DNA from: Planctomycetota bacterium
GTDB taxonomy: Bacteria > Planctomycetota > UBA8108 > SXIK01
Reading direction: 5' to 3'
DNA length: 64,000 nucleotides
NCBI GenBank assembly: GCA_965223845.1
Contig: CBDCXR010000004.1
Span: forward strand, 2,912,001-2,976,000
Position numbers and translations under genes: made by a program. The notes under the pieces were generated by a model that was given only the letters and a program-made list of their open reading frames with translations, was not told where the DNA came from and made no database searches. Positions 48,350 to 57,868 of the stretch are shown here, piece by piece. Positions within the stretch are counted from its first letter, which is position 1. Every line of letters starts with the position of its first letter.

Positions 48350-50893
48350 GTGAGATCTAGATCGACGGGTTCACTCGCCCTTGGGCTTCTCTGGATCATC
48401 GCGTCGTCTTCCCCCACTGCCGAGGGGGGAGAAACGCTGACAGATCTCGAGAGCGCGCTCGCGGCCGCGAAAGACTACCGTTACGGCGAAAACGAAGCGC
48501 CGCTGAAGACGATCGAACGATTCGCGGTCGATGCGATCGGTCCGGAATCGTCGGCGCGCGAAGCGGTCGAGTCCCGGCTTCTCGACGCACTCAGCGGAGA
48601 GGGCTCGACCGAATTCAAAGCGTTTCTCTGCCGCCAGCTCCGCACCGTCGGCGGTGGACGGTCCATCCCATTGCTCGAACGACTTCTCGCCTCGCCGGAG
48701 CTGTCTCACATGGCGCGCTTCGCGCTCGGACGCATTCCCGACCCGGAGGCCGCGCGAGCCCTTCACCGCGCGGCGAGTCGTCTCGAAGGAAAGCAACTCG
48801 CCGGGGTGCTCGGTACGCTCGGCGAACGGCGTCACGCTCCAGCGATCGCTCTCCTCGTCAAGCACCTCGGGTCGAGCGACCCCAGCGTCGCCGCGGCCGC
48901 CGCAAACGCGCTCGGGCGCGTGGGAACGGGTGAAGCAGCAAACGAGCTTGTCTCGGCGCGGGCGAAGGCGAGCGATTCCCTTCGGCCTTTCGTCGACAAT
49001 GCGCTCTTCGTTTGCGCGGAACGCTTGGCCGCGGGTGGTGACATGGAGGCTGCGGCATCGATCTACGCGCGATTTCTGACGCCGGATCATCCGAGCCATC
49101 TGCGCGTCGGCGCGCTGAACGGCCTCGCTAGCACCGACCGAGAGCGCGTCGGGACTCGACTCCTTCGCGCGCTCACGGATCGAGACCCCGCGGTGCGGGC
49201 CAGTGCGGTCGCCCTCACCGGAAGCGTTCCGGGGACCGAGCTGACCCAAAAGCTCGTCTCGCGGCTTCCCGCGCTCGAGGCTGACACGCGGTCGCGCCTC
49301 ATTCGTTCGCTCGGATCTCGCGGGGATCGAGTGGCTCTAGGAGCCGTGCGCGACGCCCTCGAAAGCGAGCACGAACCGACGCGCGTCGCCGCTCTCTTCG
49401 CGCTGGGGCGGATCGGAACCGCGGCGGATGTCGCTCGGCTCGCAGAAGCGGCGGCGAGCAAATCGGGCGCAGCGCAAACGACCGCGCGGGCGAGTCTCGT
49501 CCGCATCACCGCTCCGGGCGCGGAGGACGCGATCGTCAGCGGCGTCCTCGTCGGCGACGCGGCCCAGCGCCGAGAACGGATCCGTGCCTTGCGCGACCGT
49601 CGCGCCGGGGCGGCATTCGAAACCATCGTTCGCGCGGCGAGTGCCGACGACGCGGGCGTGCGTGCGGACGCCTTCGACGCCCTCGGACGCCTCGCGGACG
49701 CGTCGACTCTCGGCGAGCTCACCGGCCTCGTCGGCTCCACTCGCGCGGACGAGCGCGGACTCGCGGCGAAGGCGATCGAGTCTGCGTTCAGGCGCGTTCG
49801 CGACCCCGCGCTCCGTCTCAACGCCATTCGGAGCGCACTCGACGCGAGTCCCGTAGACGCGAAGCCTACGCTCGTCGGGATCCTGAAGTCGATCGCCTCG
49901 GCCGAGTCTCTCACGCTCGCGTGGCAGGCCGCGAAGTCCTCCGAGACCAGCGTTCGACGCGCGGCGATCGAAACCATCGCCGCCTGGCCGGATTCGTCGC
50001 CCGCCGACGCTCTCCTCGCCGCCGTTCCCCAACTGACCGATCCCCGAGAGAAGCGCACGGCGCTTCGCGGATTCGTCCGCATGGCGCAGCAATCCGAGGA
50101 GCCCGTCGCTCGCGTGAACGCGGCGTTCGAGGTCTGCTCCGGTCCCGAGGAGCGCGCGATCGTACTCGATGGACTCGCCGCCGTCGGTGACGAAACCACG
50201 CTGGCACTCGTCCTCGGAAAGCTGAGCTCAAGCAGCGCCGCCGAGGTCGAGCTCGCTGCCGCCGCGCGAGCTGCGGTACGGATCGCCGATCGCATTCGAT
50301 CGAAGGACACGGCGGTCGCGTCCCGCGCGCTCGAAAGCGTTGTCGCGAAGACCGGCGACGCGAAGATCCGCGCAGAAGCGCAGGACGTCCTCGGGCGCAT
50401 CCACCAGTTCGAGGGGCACATTCGACTTTGGCAGATCTCTGGGCCGTACCAGAAGAACGAGGCCGACTTCGAAGCCGTGTTCGCGGCGGAGTTCCGTCCC
50501 GAGAGCGCCGACGGGAACGCGGCGTGGAAGCAGCTTCGACGCGGCGTCGGGGCCTGGGACATCGATCTCACGCGGATGATGGGAGCTCTCGGGAACGCGG
50601 CCGCGTACGTTCGAACGCGCATCGCATCGCCGACCGCTCGAGGCGCCCGTCTCGAGCTCGGGAGCGACGATGCCGTCAAGGTCTGGCTCAACGGGAAGCT
50701 CGTCCATGCAAAGCTCGCTCTCCGCGGCCTCTCGCCGCGGTCGGACGTCGTTCCCGTCGAGCTTCGCCAGGGCTCGAACGAGCTTCTCCTCAAGATCGTC
50801 AACAGCGGCGGCGGCTGGAGCTTTTGCTGCCGCGTGCGAAACGCCGACGGTAGTGCACTGGACGACATCCAGATCTCGCTCCCGACGCCTTGA
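48350..50893 (+). CDS. Exported HEAT-repeat protein with C-terminal beta-sandwich domain
   Basis: Signal peptide; many HEAT-like R..A..ALG repeats; C-terminal AAYVRT...LGSDDAVKVWLNG...NELLLKI. Confidence 0.8.
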   Translation: MRSRSTGSLALGLLWIIASSSPTAEGGETLTDLESALAAAKDYRYGENEAPLKTIERFAVDAIGPESSAREAVESRLLDALSGEGSTEFKAFLCRQLRTVGGGRSIPLLERLLASPELSHMARFALGRIPDPEAARALHRAASRLEGKQLAGVLGTLGERRHAPAIALLVKHLGSSDPSVAAAAANALGRVGTGEAANELVSARAKASDSLRPFVDNALFVCAERLAAGGDMEAAASIYARFLTPDHPSHLRVGALNGLASTDRERVGTRLLRALTDRDPAVRASAVALTGSVPGTELTQKLVSRLPALEADTRSRLIRSLGSRGDRVALGAVRDALESEHEPTRVAALFALGRIGTAADVARLAEAAASKSGAAQTTARASLVRITAPGAEDAIVSGVLVGDAAQRRERIRALRDRRAGAAFETIVRAASADDAGVRADAFDALGRLADASTLGELTGLVGSTRADERGLAAKAIESAFRRVRDPALRLNAIRSALDASPVDAKPTLVGILKSIASAESLTLAWQAAKSSETSVRRAAIETIAAWPDSSPADALLAAVPQLTDPREKRTALRGFVRMAQQSEEPVARVNAAFEVCSGPEERAIVLDGLAAVGDETTLALVLGKLSSSSAAEVELAAAARAAVRIADRIRSKDTAVASRALESVVAKTGDAKIRAEAQDVLGRIHQFEGHIRLWQISGPYQKNEADFEAVFAAEFRPESADGNAAWKQLRRGVGAWDIDLTRMMGALGNAAAYVRTRIASPTARGARLELGSDDAVKVWLNGKLVHAKLALRGLSPRSDVVPVELRQGSNELLLKIVNSGGGWSFCCRVRNADGSALDDIQISLPTP

Positions 50894-50911
50894 ATGGAAT
50901 AGAGGATCACG

Positions 50912-51892
50912 ATGGCAACGAACAACGACAACCCAGTCGCTGCCCACACTCGACGAGACCTCCTCGTCGTCGCGGGAGGCGGCCTCGCCGCGACTCTCAT
51001 TCCGTCGCGCGCGGTGGCGGCTGAACCGCGTGCGATCACTCCCGCTGAGCATCCCGGTTTCCGCTACGGACTCAACATGAGTACGATTCGCGGGCAGAAG
51101 CTCTCGGCGGATCGCGAGGTCGACGTCGCCGGAAAAGCCGGGTACGACGCGATCGAGCCGTGGCTCGGAAAGCTCCACGAGTACGTTCGCGGGGGTGGAT
51201 CGCTCACGGATCTGCGCAAACGGATCGCCGACCACGGCCTCAGCGTCGAAAGCGCGATCGGATTCGCGTCGTGGATCGTCGACGACGACGCGCAGCGCGC
51301 GAAAGGGCTCGAGCAGGCGAAGCGGGACATGGAGGTGATCGCAGCGATCGGCGGAACCCGGATCGCCGCGCCGCCGGCCGGAGTTCCGCGAGGACAGAGC
51401 GTCGATCCGCGCGCCGCCGCCGAGCGCTACCGCGCGCTCCTCGAGATCGGCGAAAACCTGGGAGTGATCCCACAGATCGAAATGTGGGGAGGCAACGCGA
51501 GCATCGGCCGTGTGGGCACGGCGATTTTCATCGCGATCGAGTGCGGCCACCCGAAGGCGTGCTTCCTAGGCGACGTCTACCACACGTACAAGGGTGGATC
51601 GGACTTCGCGGGACTGCGGCTCCTCAGCGCTCACGCACTCCAGGTCTATCACTTCAACGACTACCCGGCCGACCCGCCGCGGGAACGCATCGGAGACGCG
51701 GATCGAGTCTATCCCGGCGATGGAATCGCACCGATCGGCGAGATCCTCCGCTCGTTCATCGCAGTCGGCGCAGCACCCGTGCTGTCGCTCGAGCTGTTCA
51801 ATCGAGAATACTGGAAGCTCGATGCGCTCGACGCGGCACGCACGGGGCTGAAGAAGATGAAAGCCTCGGTGGCGGCAGCCACGACCGGGTAA
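50912..51892 (+). CDS. Tat-exported sugar phosphate isomerase/epimerase (xylose isomerase-like TIM barrel)
   Basis: TRRDLL; AGYDAIEPW; PQIEMWG; DVYH; HFND; RVYPGDG; SLELFN. Confidence 0.88.
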   Translation: MATNNDNPVAAHTRRDLLVVAGGGLAATLIPSRAVAAEPRAITPAEHPGFRYGLNMSTIRGQKLSADREVDVAGKAGYDAIEPWLGKLHEYVRGGGSLTDLRKRIADHGLSVESAIGFASWIVDDDAQRAKGLEQAKRDMEVIAAIGGTRIAAPPAGVPRGQSVDPRAAAERYRALLEIGENLGVIPQIEMWGGNASIGRVGTAIFIAIECGHPKACFLGDVYHTYKGGSDFAGLRLLSAHALQVYHFNDYPADPPRERIGDADRVYPGDGIAPIGEILRSFIAVGAAPVLSLELFNREYWKLDALDAARTGLKKMKASVAAATTG

Positions 51893-51995
51893 CCGACGAC
51901 CGGCGCTTTCGCCTACACGGGCTCACGCGCGGGCGAATCGGATCGCGCGGAGATGTCACCACGAAGGGATTGAAATGAGCGAGTCCCGAGCCGGC

Positions 51996-52739
51996 CTAGG
52001 GAAGCTCGCGCATCCGAAGCCCACGAAACTCGACCGGCGATCCCTCCGACTCGAGGCAGAGATATCCGGTCGCCGGCTGACAGTTCGTCCCGCCGGAGAC
52101 TTCTTCACCGTTCACCCAGAGGCGCACTTCGCCGTTGATACAGCGGACGTAGTAATGATTCCACTCGCCGACACCTCGCGTGAGGTTCTTTGATGGGAAG
52201 CTCCGCTTTCCGTTCGGAGCGGCCGGAGGAAAGGGCTTCATTTTCGCGGGGCCGGTCGGGAAGACGTCGCCGTGGCCGGTGAACCAGTCCGCTTTCTTCT
52301 TGTGCCGCTTCTCGTACGCCTCCGCGTAGCCGGGGTCGAGCACCTGCACCTCGATCCCGTGCGGAAGACGGCCTTTTCCCTGCTCGAGGTTCTTGATCGA
52401 CTCGGGCGACGCCCAGACGAAGACGCCGGAGTTCCCGGCCGCCTTGAGGTGGCGCCACTCGACGACGAGCTCGAAGTTCGTCACGGGCTTCTCGACTCGA
52501 ATCACTCCGACGGGTGTTCCCGTGCACTTCGCGACGCCGTCTTCCCAGCTCCACGTATCTTCGTCGCAGTTGACGTTGACGAAGTCATCCTTGCCGAGAG
52601 TTCTCCAGTCCGGTCCGATGCCGTCGATGAGGACGTTGCGGACCGCGGACGCGGGCGACTCGCCGCCGGCGCGAGGACCAGAGAGCGAGACGGCCGCGAG
52701 CGCCAGAACGACGAGGCAGAGTCGAAGAGCGCGATTCAT
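51996..52739 (-). CDS. DUF1080 (3-keto-disaccharide hydrolase-like) exported protein
   Basis: NFELVVEW...GNSGVF, GIEVQVLD, GEWNHY, GYLCLESEG..VEFR. Confidence 0.9.
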   Translation of the reverse strand: MNRALRLCLVVLALAAVSLSGPRAGGESPASAVRNVLIDGIGPDWRTLGKDDFVNVNCDEDTWSWEDGVAKCTGTPVGVIRVEKPVTNFELVVEWRHLKAAGNSGVFVWASPESIKNLEQGKGRLPHGIEVQVLDPGYAEAYEKRHKKKADWFTGHGDVFPTGPAKMKPFPPAAPNGKRSFPSKNLTRGVGEWNHYYVRCINGEVRLWVNGEEVSGGTNCQPATGYLCLESEGSPVEFRGLRMRELP

Positions 52740-52939
52740 TGCGAGAGGTCCTTTCCGTCACGAAGGGGGTTCCATCGAATCTGGACGCGCCGCGGGATGG
52801 ATAGAGCGCGCGCCGAACGCGAACATTGTCCCTCGGAGCGGGGAGCCCGGCAATGACGGCGAATCCGCGATTCGCAGAAGAAAGCCGTAGTCGACGAGGC
52901 TCCAAGTTCTCGGCTCTTCTCGTGAGGTAGTTCAAGACC

Positions 52940-55900
52940 GTGGTACGTCCGAAGCTGATTCTTCTCGTCGCCCTCCTCGCCGCGTCTCGCGCAGATGCGT
53001 CCCCGTGGCTCACGTTCACCGAAGTCTCTTCCTTCCCCGCCGCCGGCGGAGTGGAGTTCGTCGAGATCTACAACATCGACGCCCCGGCCGTCGACCTATC
53101 GGGCTGGCGACTCGAAGGCGCCGTCTCGTTCGAATTCCCGCGCGGGACATCGATCGCCCCTCGCGAGTGTCTCGTCGTTGCGAAGGACCTGGCCGCGTTT
53201 CGAACGATCTACCCCAAAGTGAGCGCGGTCGTCGGCCCGTTCACCGGGGAGCTCCCGGACCGCGGAGGCCGCATTCGCCTTCGGAGCCGAGAAGGCACGG
53301 AGGCGGCGGCGATGCGTTTCGGAACCCTCGGCGCGTGGTCGTCCGTTCCCCGCGGGACGGGGTACACGGCGGTCCTTGGCGACGTCCTCTTCGACCCCGA
53401 AGCCGCGCGAAGCTGGAAACCGAGCGCGCAGCGAGGCGGCAGCCCCGGATCGTTCGAGCAGGTGTTTCGACGTCTCGAAGGCAAATCGATTCTCCGCCGG
53501 GGAGAGCGCTGGCGATTCTTTCGCGGGACCACCGCCCCGCCTCAAGATTGGTTCGAGCCGGAGTTCGACGACTCGAGCTGGGACGAGGGACCGAGTGGCT
53601 TCGGATTCGGCGATGGCGACGACGCCACCGAGCTCAGCGACATGCGGGGAAACTATTTGAGCGTGTTCACTCGGAAGCGCTTCACCGTCGATGATCCCGC
53701 AGGGTGGGCGCGCCTCCGACTCCTCGTCGACTACGACGACGGATTCGTCGCGTTTTTGAACGGCCGCGAGGTTGCGCGGGCGAACTTGGGTGCTCCGAGA
53801 AGTGCGTTCGCCTGGAATCTCCCGGCACGCGGGAGTCGCGAGGCCGGCCAGCCGCAGGTGTACGCACTCGGGAACGGAGCGCGTTGGCTTCGCAAAGGGG
53901 AGAACGTGATCTGCGTCGCCGGATTCAACAACGATCTGTCGTCGTCCGATCTCAGCCTCGCCGTCGAGCTCGACCATCTCCCCGTCCCGAAGCGCGAAGC
54001 GCGCTCGGAGACCGGGCTGCAGCTGAGCGAGGTCGCGCTGCGAGCGAGCGATTCCGGCGATGCTCTCCTTTGGATCGAGTTCTTCAACGCGGGTACCGAG
54101 CCCGAGTCCATCGGTGGCCGCTTTCTGAGCGACGACGCCTCGCGCCCGAAGAAGTGGCGGATTCCCGCCGGCGAGATGATCCCGCCGCGCTCGTACTGGG
54201 TCGTCGACGCGAAGGCACTCGGCGCCGAACGCATCGCCGAGCGAGCGGTGTTTCTCGCTGACGGCGATCGCCGGATCCTCGACGCGATGGCGCTCGCGCG
54301 ATCCGCACCCGGCTCAGGGGAAGGTGCCGAGCTCAGCTTCGGTCGCGGATCTACCCTCGCGCGCGGTGTGAGGCGCCTAGCGCGCAGCACTCGAGGTGCT
54401 CCGAACGCGTTCGAAGCCGCGGGCGACATCGTCATTCACGAAATCCACTATCACCCGCCGACGGGTGACGCCGACGCGTTCGTCGAGATCCACAACCGAG
54501 GGACGAAAACCGCTTCGCTCGCGGGGCTGAGACTCGATGGGCTCGGATTTCGGTTCGCACCCGACCATCGGATTCCCGCGGGCGGTTTCGTGGTCGTCGT
54601 CCGCGATCCTCCGAGCTTTTCGAAGAGAAACTCGCTCTCGCCCGCGCAGGTGCTCGGGCCGTTCACCGGTTCGCTCTCGCGACGCGGAGAATCCGTCCGG
54701 CTGGTCGATTCGGCCGGACGGACGCTCGACGCGGTCGAGTACGCCGATCGAGAGCCGTGGCCGCGCTTCGCGGACGGCGGCGGCTCGAGTCTCGAGCTCG
54801 TCGACGCACGGATCGACAACGCCCTCCCCGGCGCATGGGCCGCGAGCGACGAACGCGCGACCGCACGCTGGCAGGAGATCGAGTACGAGGCCGGCGTCCA
54901 CCTCTTTCGCGACATGCGCGCGTCGTCATTTCAGTTTCTCCTTCTCGACGCGGGTGAATGTTTGATCGACGACCTTCGCATCACGGACGCGAACGGGAAG
55001 GTCGTTCTCTCGGAGTCCTTCGACGGGGATGCAGGTTCCCTAGCGCGCTGGCGCGCGTTCGGGACGCATCTCGACTCGAAACCAATCTCCGATTCGAAGT
55101 ACTCGGAGAGCGCGTGCCTTCGCATCTTCGCGACGGGGCGCGGCAATTCGCGGCACAACTACGTGAGCTGCGATCTCGACCCGGAACTCGAGGAAGACGC
55201 ACGCTACACGGTAGCTTTCCGTGCGAAGTGGCTCGCGGGATCCGCGCTCCTTCTCACGCGAACCTCCGGGCAGGGTCTCGCCCGCCGCCACCAACTGCTG
55301 CGGCCGAACGCGGGCGGCACGCCGGGTCGTCCGAACAGTCGCGCGACGCTCGCCGCACCGATCGTGGGTCGGCCCGAGCAAGCACCGATCGCGCCGTCGT
55401 CCGAGGAGCCGACGCGGTTCGTCTTCCCGATCTCGGCGCGCACGGCGCTCGCGACGGCTGAGCTCCGCTACCGGTCGGCGACCTCCGCTTGGAGCTCCTC
55501 TCCTCTCACCCGCGAGGCGAGCGGTGAATGGACAGCGACGATCCCGCCGCTTCCGCGCGGTCGAGTCGAGTTCTACGCCATCGCGATCGATCGAGACGGC
55601 CGGCGCGGACAATTCCCGCCGGAGGGCGCCGCACGGCCGGCACAGTACGCAGTGGATCTCGAGGTCGCGCCCGAGCTCCCGACCTACACCGTGCTCGTCT
55701 CGGAGCGTGAGTGGAACGCCGCACGCGCACGTCAACGACTCTCGAATCGAACGATGGACGCGACGCTGGTCTACGGCGATCAGAGGATTTTTTACAATGT
55801 TGGATTCCGTGCGCGCGGGAGTGGGTTCACTCGCGGCTCGCGCAATTGGCGCGTCGTTCTCGGCCGAGATACGCTCGACGGGCGCTCCGAGCTGACGTTC

Positions 55901-57109
55901 GACGGCCAGGGTCGCGACCGCGCGATGATGAACGAACGCCTGACGTTCTGGTTGCTCGATCAAGTCGGAGCCCCGACGCCACGACAGCGGTACGTGCGTC
56001 TCAACGTCGTCGGCCACCCCGAGGAGAGCGGCACCTACGAGGATGTCGAAAAGATCAACGGCGCTTACGTCGATCGGTGGTTCGCGCACGAGGAAGGAAA
56101 CGAATCGCCGCGACTCCACAAGATCGATGACTATTGGGACTTTCGGCCGCCATCCCGAACTGCACCGGCGTTCGGAGGCGATCCACGCGGTTTCCGGGGC
56201 TTCCGCGGGCGCGGGGGCAGCTACGTCGAAGCGTACCTCCAGTACGAAACCGACGATCCCGAGGACTACCGGTGGAACTTCCCGCCGCGAGCGAACGGCG
56301 GACGAGAAGATTTCCGACCGCTCCTGGATCTCATTCGTCTCGTCGACCCGAGGGAGACGAGTGACGACGAATTCCGCCGGCGCGTCGAATCGCTCGTCGA
56401 CGTCGACGAGTGGATCCACGTGCTCGCAGCGCGAACGGTCGCGAACGACTGGGACACGTACGGACTCAGCCGCGGGAAGAACGCCTACCTCTATCGCGCT
56501 CCGTCGGGACGGTGGAAGCTGCTCCCGTGGGACTCCGATCTGAGCTGGTTTTCACGCGGCTTCGGCCGCTTCTCTCAAGGAAACTCGCTCTTCTACGACA
56601 AATTTCCGGCGGTGCGTCGGCTGCTCGCACAGCCCCCCTACCGCCGGGAGTTCCTGAGCACCATCGCGTTCCTCGCGCGGAAGCGTCTCGAACCGGCGCG
56701 CTTCCGGCGAGTTCTCGACGAGCTCGAAGCCCAGGTCGGCTCTCGCGCCTACGGCCTGGCGGAAACGGCGGCGCAGCGTCGCGAGCAGGCCCTGCGTCAG
56801 ATTCCGTCGGTCGAGTTCAGAATCGAAGCTGTCTCGCGCGGCGACAGGAGCGACGAGGGAGACGGCGATCGACTCCATCTCGCGGGCACGGCACCGTTGA
56901 TCGCCCACCGACTCGTCGTCGCCGGTCGCGCGGTGGACTGGCGTTTCCGCGATCTCGAATCATGGACGAGCGAGATCGACTGGAGCGACCTCGGGCCGGA
57001 GTACGCTGCGGACGAACCGCCCGAGCTTCGTATCGAAGTCGTCGACCGCGACGGAGACGCCGTCGGCGCGGTCTCGGTGGCGGCGCCGAAACGACCCGAC
57101 GCGAAGTAG
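52940..57109 (+). CDS. Secreted multi-lamin-tail protein with C-terminal CotH-like kinase domain
   Basis: Signal peptide; three LTD-like units (EFVEIYN, WIEFFN, FVEIHN); GDGDD beta-sandwich module; RARGS, DWD...KNAYLY, LPWDSD. No dockerin tail. Confidence 0.8.
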   Translation: MVRPKLILLVALLAASRADASPWLTFTEVSSFPAAGGVEFVEIYNIDAPAVDLSGWRLEGAVSFEFPRGTSIAPRECLVVAKDLAAFRTIYPKVSAVVGPFTGELPDRGGRIRLRSREGTEAAAMRFGTLGAWSSVPRGTGYTAVLGDVLFDPEAARSWKPSAQRGGSPGSFEQVFRRLEGKSILRRGERWRFFRGTTAPPQDWFEPEFDDSSWDEGPSGFGFGDGDDATELSDMRGNYLSVFTRKRFTVDDPAGWARLRLLVDYDDGFVAFLNGREVARANLGAPRSAFAWNLPARGSREAGQPQVYALGNGARWLRKGENVICVAGFNNDLSSSDLSLAVELDHLPVPKREARSETGLQLSEVALRASDSGDALLWIEFFNAGTEPESIGGRFLSDDASRPKKWRIPAGEMIPPRSYWVVDAKALGAERIAERAVFLADGDRRILDAMALARSAPGSGEGAELSFGRGSTLARGVRRLARSTRGAPNAFEAAGDIVIHEIHYHPPTGDADAFVEIHNRGTKTASLAGLRLDGLGFRFAPDHRIPAGGFVVVVRDPPSFSKRNSLSPAQVLGPFTGSLSRRGESVRLVDSAGRTLDAVEYADREPWPRFADGGGSSLELVDARIDNALPGAWAASDERATARWQEIEYEAGVHLFRDMRASSFQFLLLDAGECLIDDLRITDANGKVVLSESFDGDAGSLARWRAFGTHLDSKPISDSKYSESACLRIFATGRGNSRHNYVSCDLDPELEEDARYTVAFRAKWLAGSALLLTRTSGQGLARRHQLLRPNAGGTPGRPNSRATLAAPIVGRPEQAPIAPSSEEPTRFVFPISARTALATAELRYRSATSAWSSSPLTREASGEWTATIPPLPRGRVEFYAIAIDRDGRRGQFPPEGAARPAQYAVDLEVAPELPTYTVLVSEREWNAARARQRLSNRTMDATLVYGDQRIFYNVGFRARGSGFTRGSRNWRVVLGRDTLDGRSELTFDGQGRDRAMMNERLTFWLLDQVGAPTPRQRYVRLNVVGHPEESGTYEDVEKINGAYVDRWFAHEEGNESPRLHKIDDYWDFRPPSRTAPAFGGDPRGFRGFRGRGGSYVEAYLQYETDDPEDYRWNFPPRANGGREDFRPLLDLIRLVDPRETSDDEFRRRVESLVDVDEWIHVLAARTVANDWDTYGLSRGKNAYLYRAPSGRWKLLPWDSDLSWFSRGFGRFSQGNSLFYDKFPAVRRLLAQPPYRREFLSTIAFLARKRLEPARFRRVLDELEAQVGSRAYGLAETAAQRREQALRQIPSVEFRIEAVSRGDRSDEGDGDRLHLAGTAPLIAHRLVVAGRAVDWRFRDLESWTSEIDWSDLGPEYAADEPPELRIEVVDRDGDAVGAVSVAAPKRPDAK

Positions 57110-57145
57110 GACAGGCGGGAGCGAGTGAGTCTCCGCCCGACCGGA

Positions 57146-57733
57146 TCACGCCTCGAGTTGCCCGTCGAGTTCGATCGACAGCCACTCCTTCGCAAGGCGC
57201 CACTTGCGTTCGACGCTCGACTTTGAAACGCCGAGCGCCGCCGCGATCTCCTCCATCTCAAAACCCGCGAAGAACCGAAGGAGAACGATGCGAGCCTGTT
57301 GCTCGTCTTTTTGCTCGAGCCGCTCGAGTGCTTCGTCGAGAGCGAGGATGTCCGAGCTCGGCCCCGTCACCGCGAGATCTTCGGCGTTCGCGTTGACGCG
57401 ATGATGATCGCCGCCGCGCCGCTTCGTGCGCTTTCGCCGCGCCTCGTCGACGAGAATGTTCTTCATCGCCCGAGCCGCAGCCGCGAAGAAGTGTCCCCGT
57501 CCGTCCCACTTTCGCGTCTTTCCGCCCGCAAGCCGCAAGTAGGCCTCGTGCACGAGCGCGGTCGCCTGCAGCGTTTCCCCGGGCTTTCGTTGACGCATGA
57601 GCGCCCGCGCGAGCTTGCGCAGCTCGTCGTAGAGGATCGGGAGCAATTCGGTAGCCGCGCGACGGTCTCCTGACTCGATCGCGTCGAGCGTGTCACGAAT
57701 GCGACGGGAAGATTTCTCGAGTGCGTCCGACAT
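57146..57733 (-). CDS. ECF sigma factor (TIGR02999/ECF43-like)
   Basis: LLPILYDELRKLA...TLQATALVHEAYLRL...HFFAAAARAMKNILVD.AR...KRRGG...LRFFAG...W..AK.WL. Confidence 0.92.
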   Translation of the reverse strand: MSDALEKSSRRIRDTLDAIESGDRRAATELLPILYDELRKLARALMRQRKPGETLQATALVHEAYLRLAGGKTRKWDGRGHFFAAAARAMKNILVDEARRKRTKRRGGDHHRVNANAEDLAVTGPSSDILALDEALERLEQKDEQQARIVLLRFFAGFEMEEIAAALGVSKSSVERKWRLAKEWLSIELDGQLEA

Positions 57734-57868
57734 GCACCGATCAGAACCGGTCGCCGCGGATTCTTCAAGATCGCACAGGGAGATTCGCGCGATCGTCTGA
57801 ACGCCGCGGTGAAGTAGGATGTCGGGGTACCCGAACGGCTTCTCCTTCCTCGCCGAGAGAGCTCCTCG

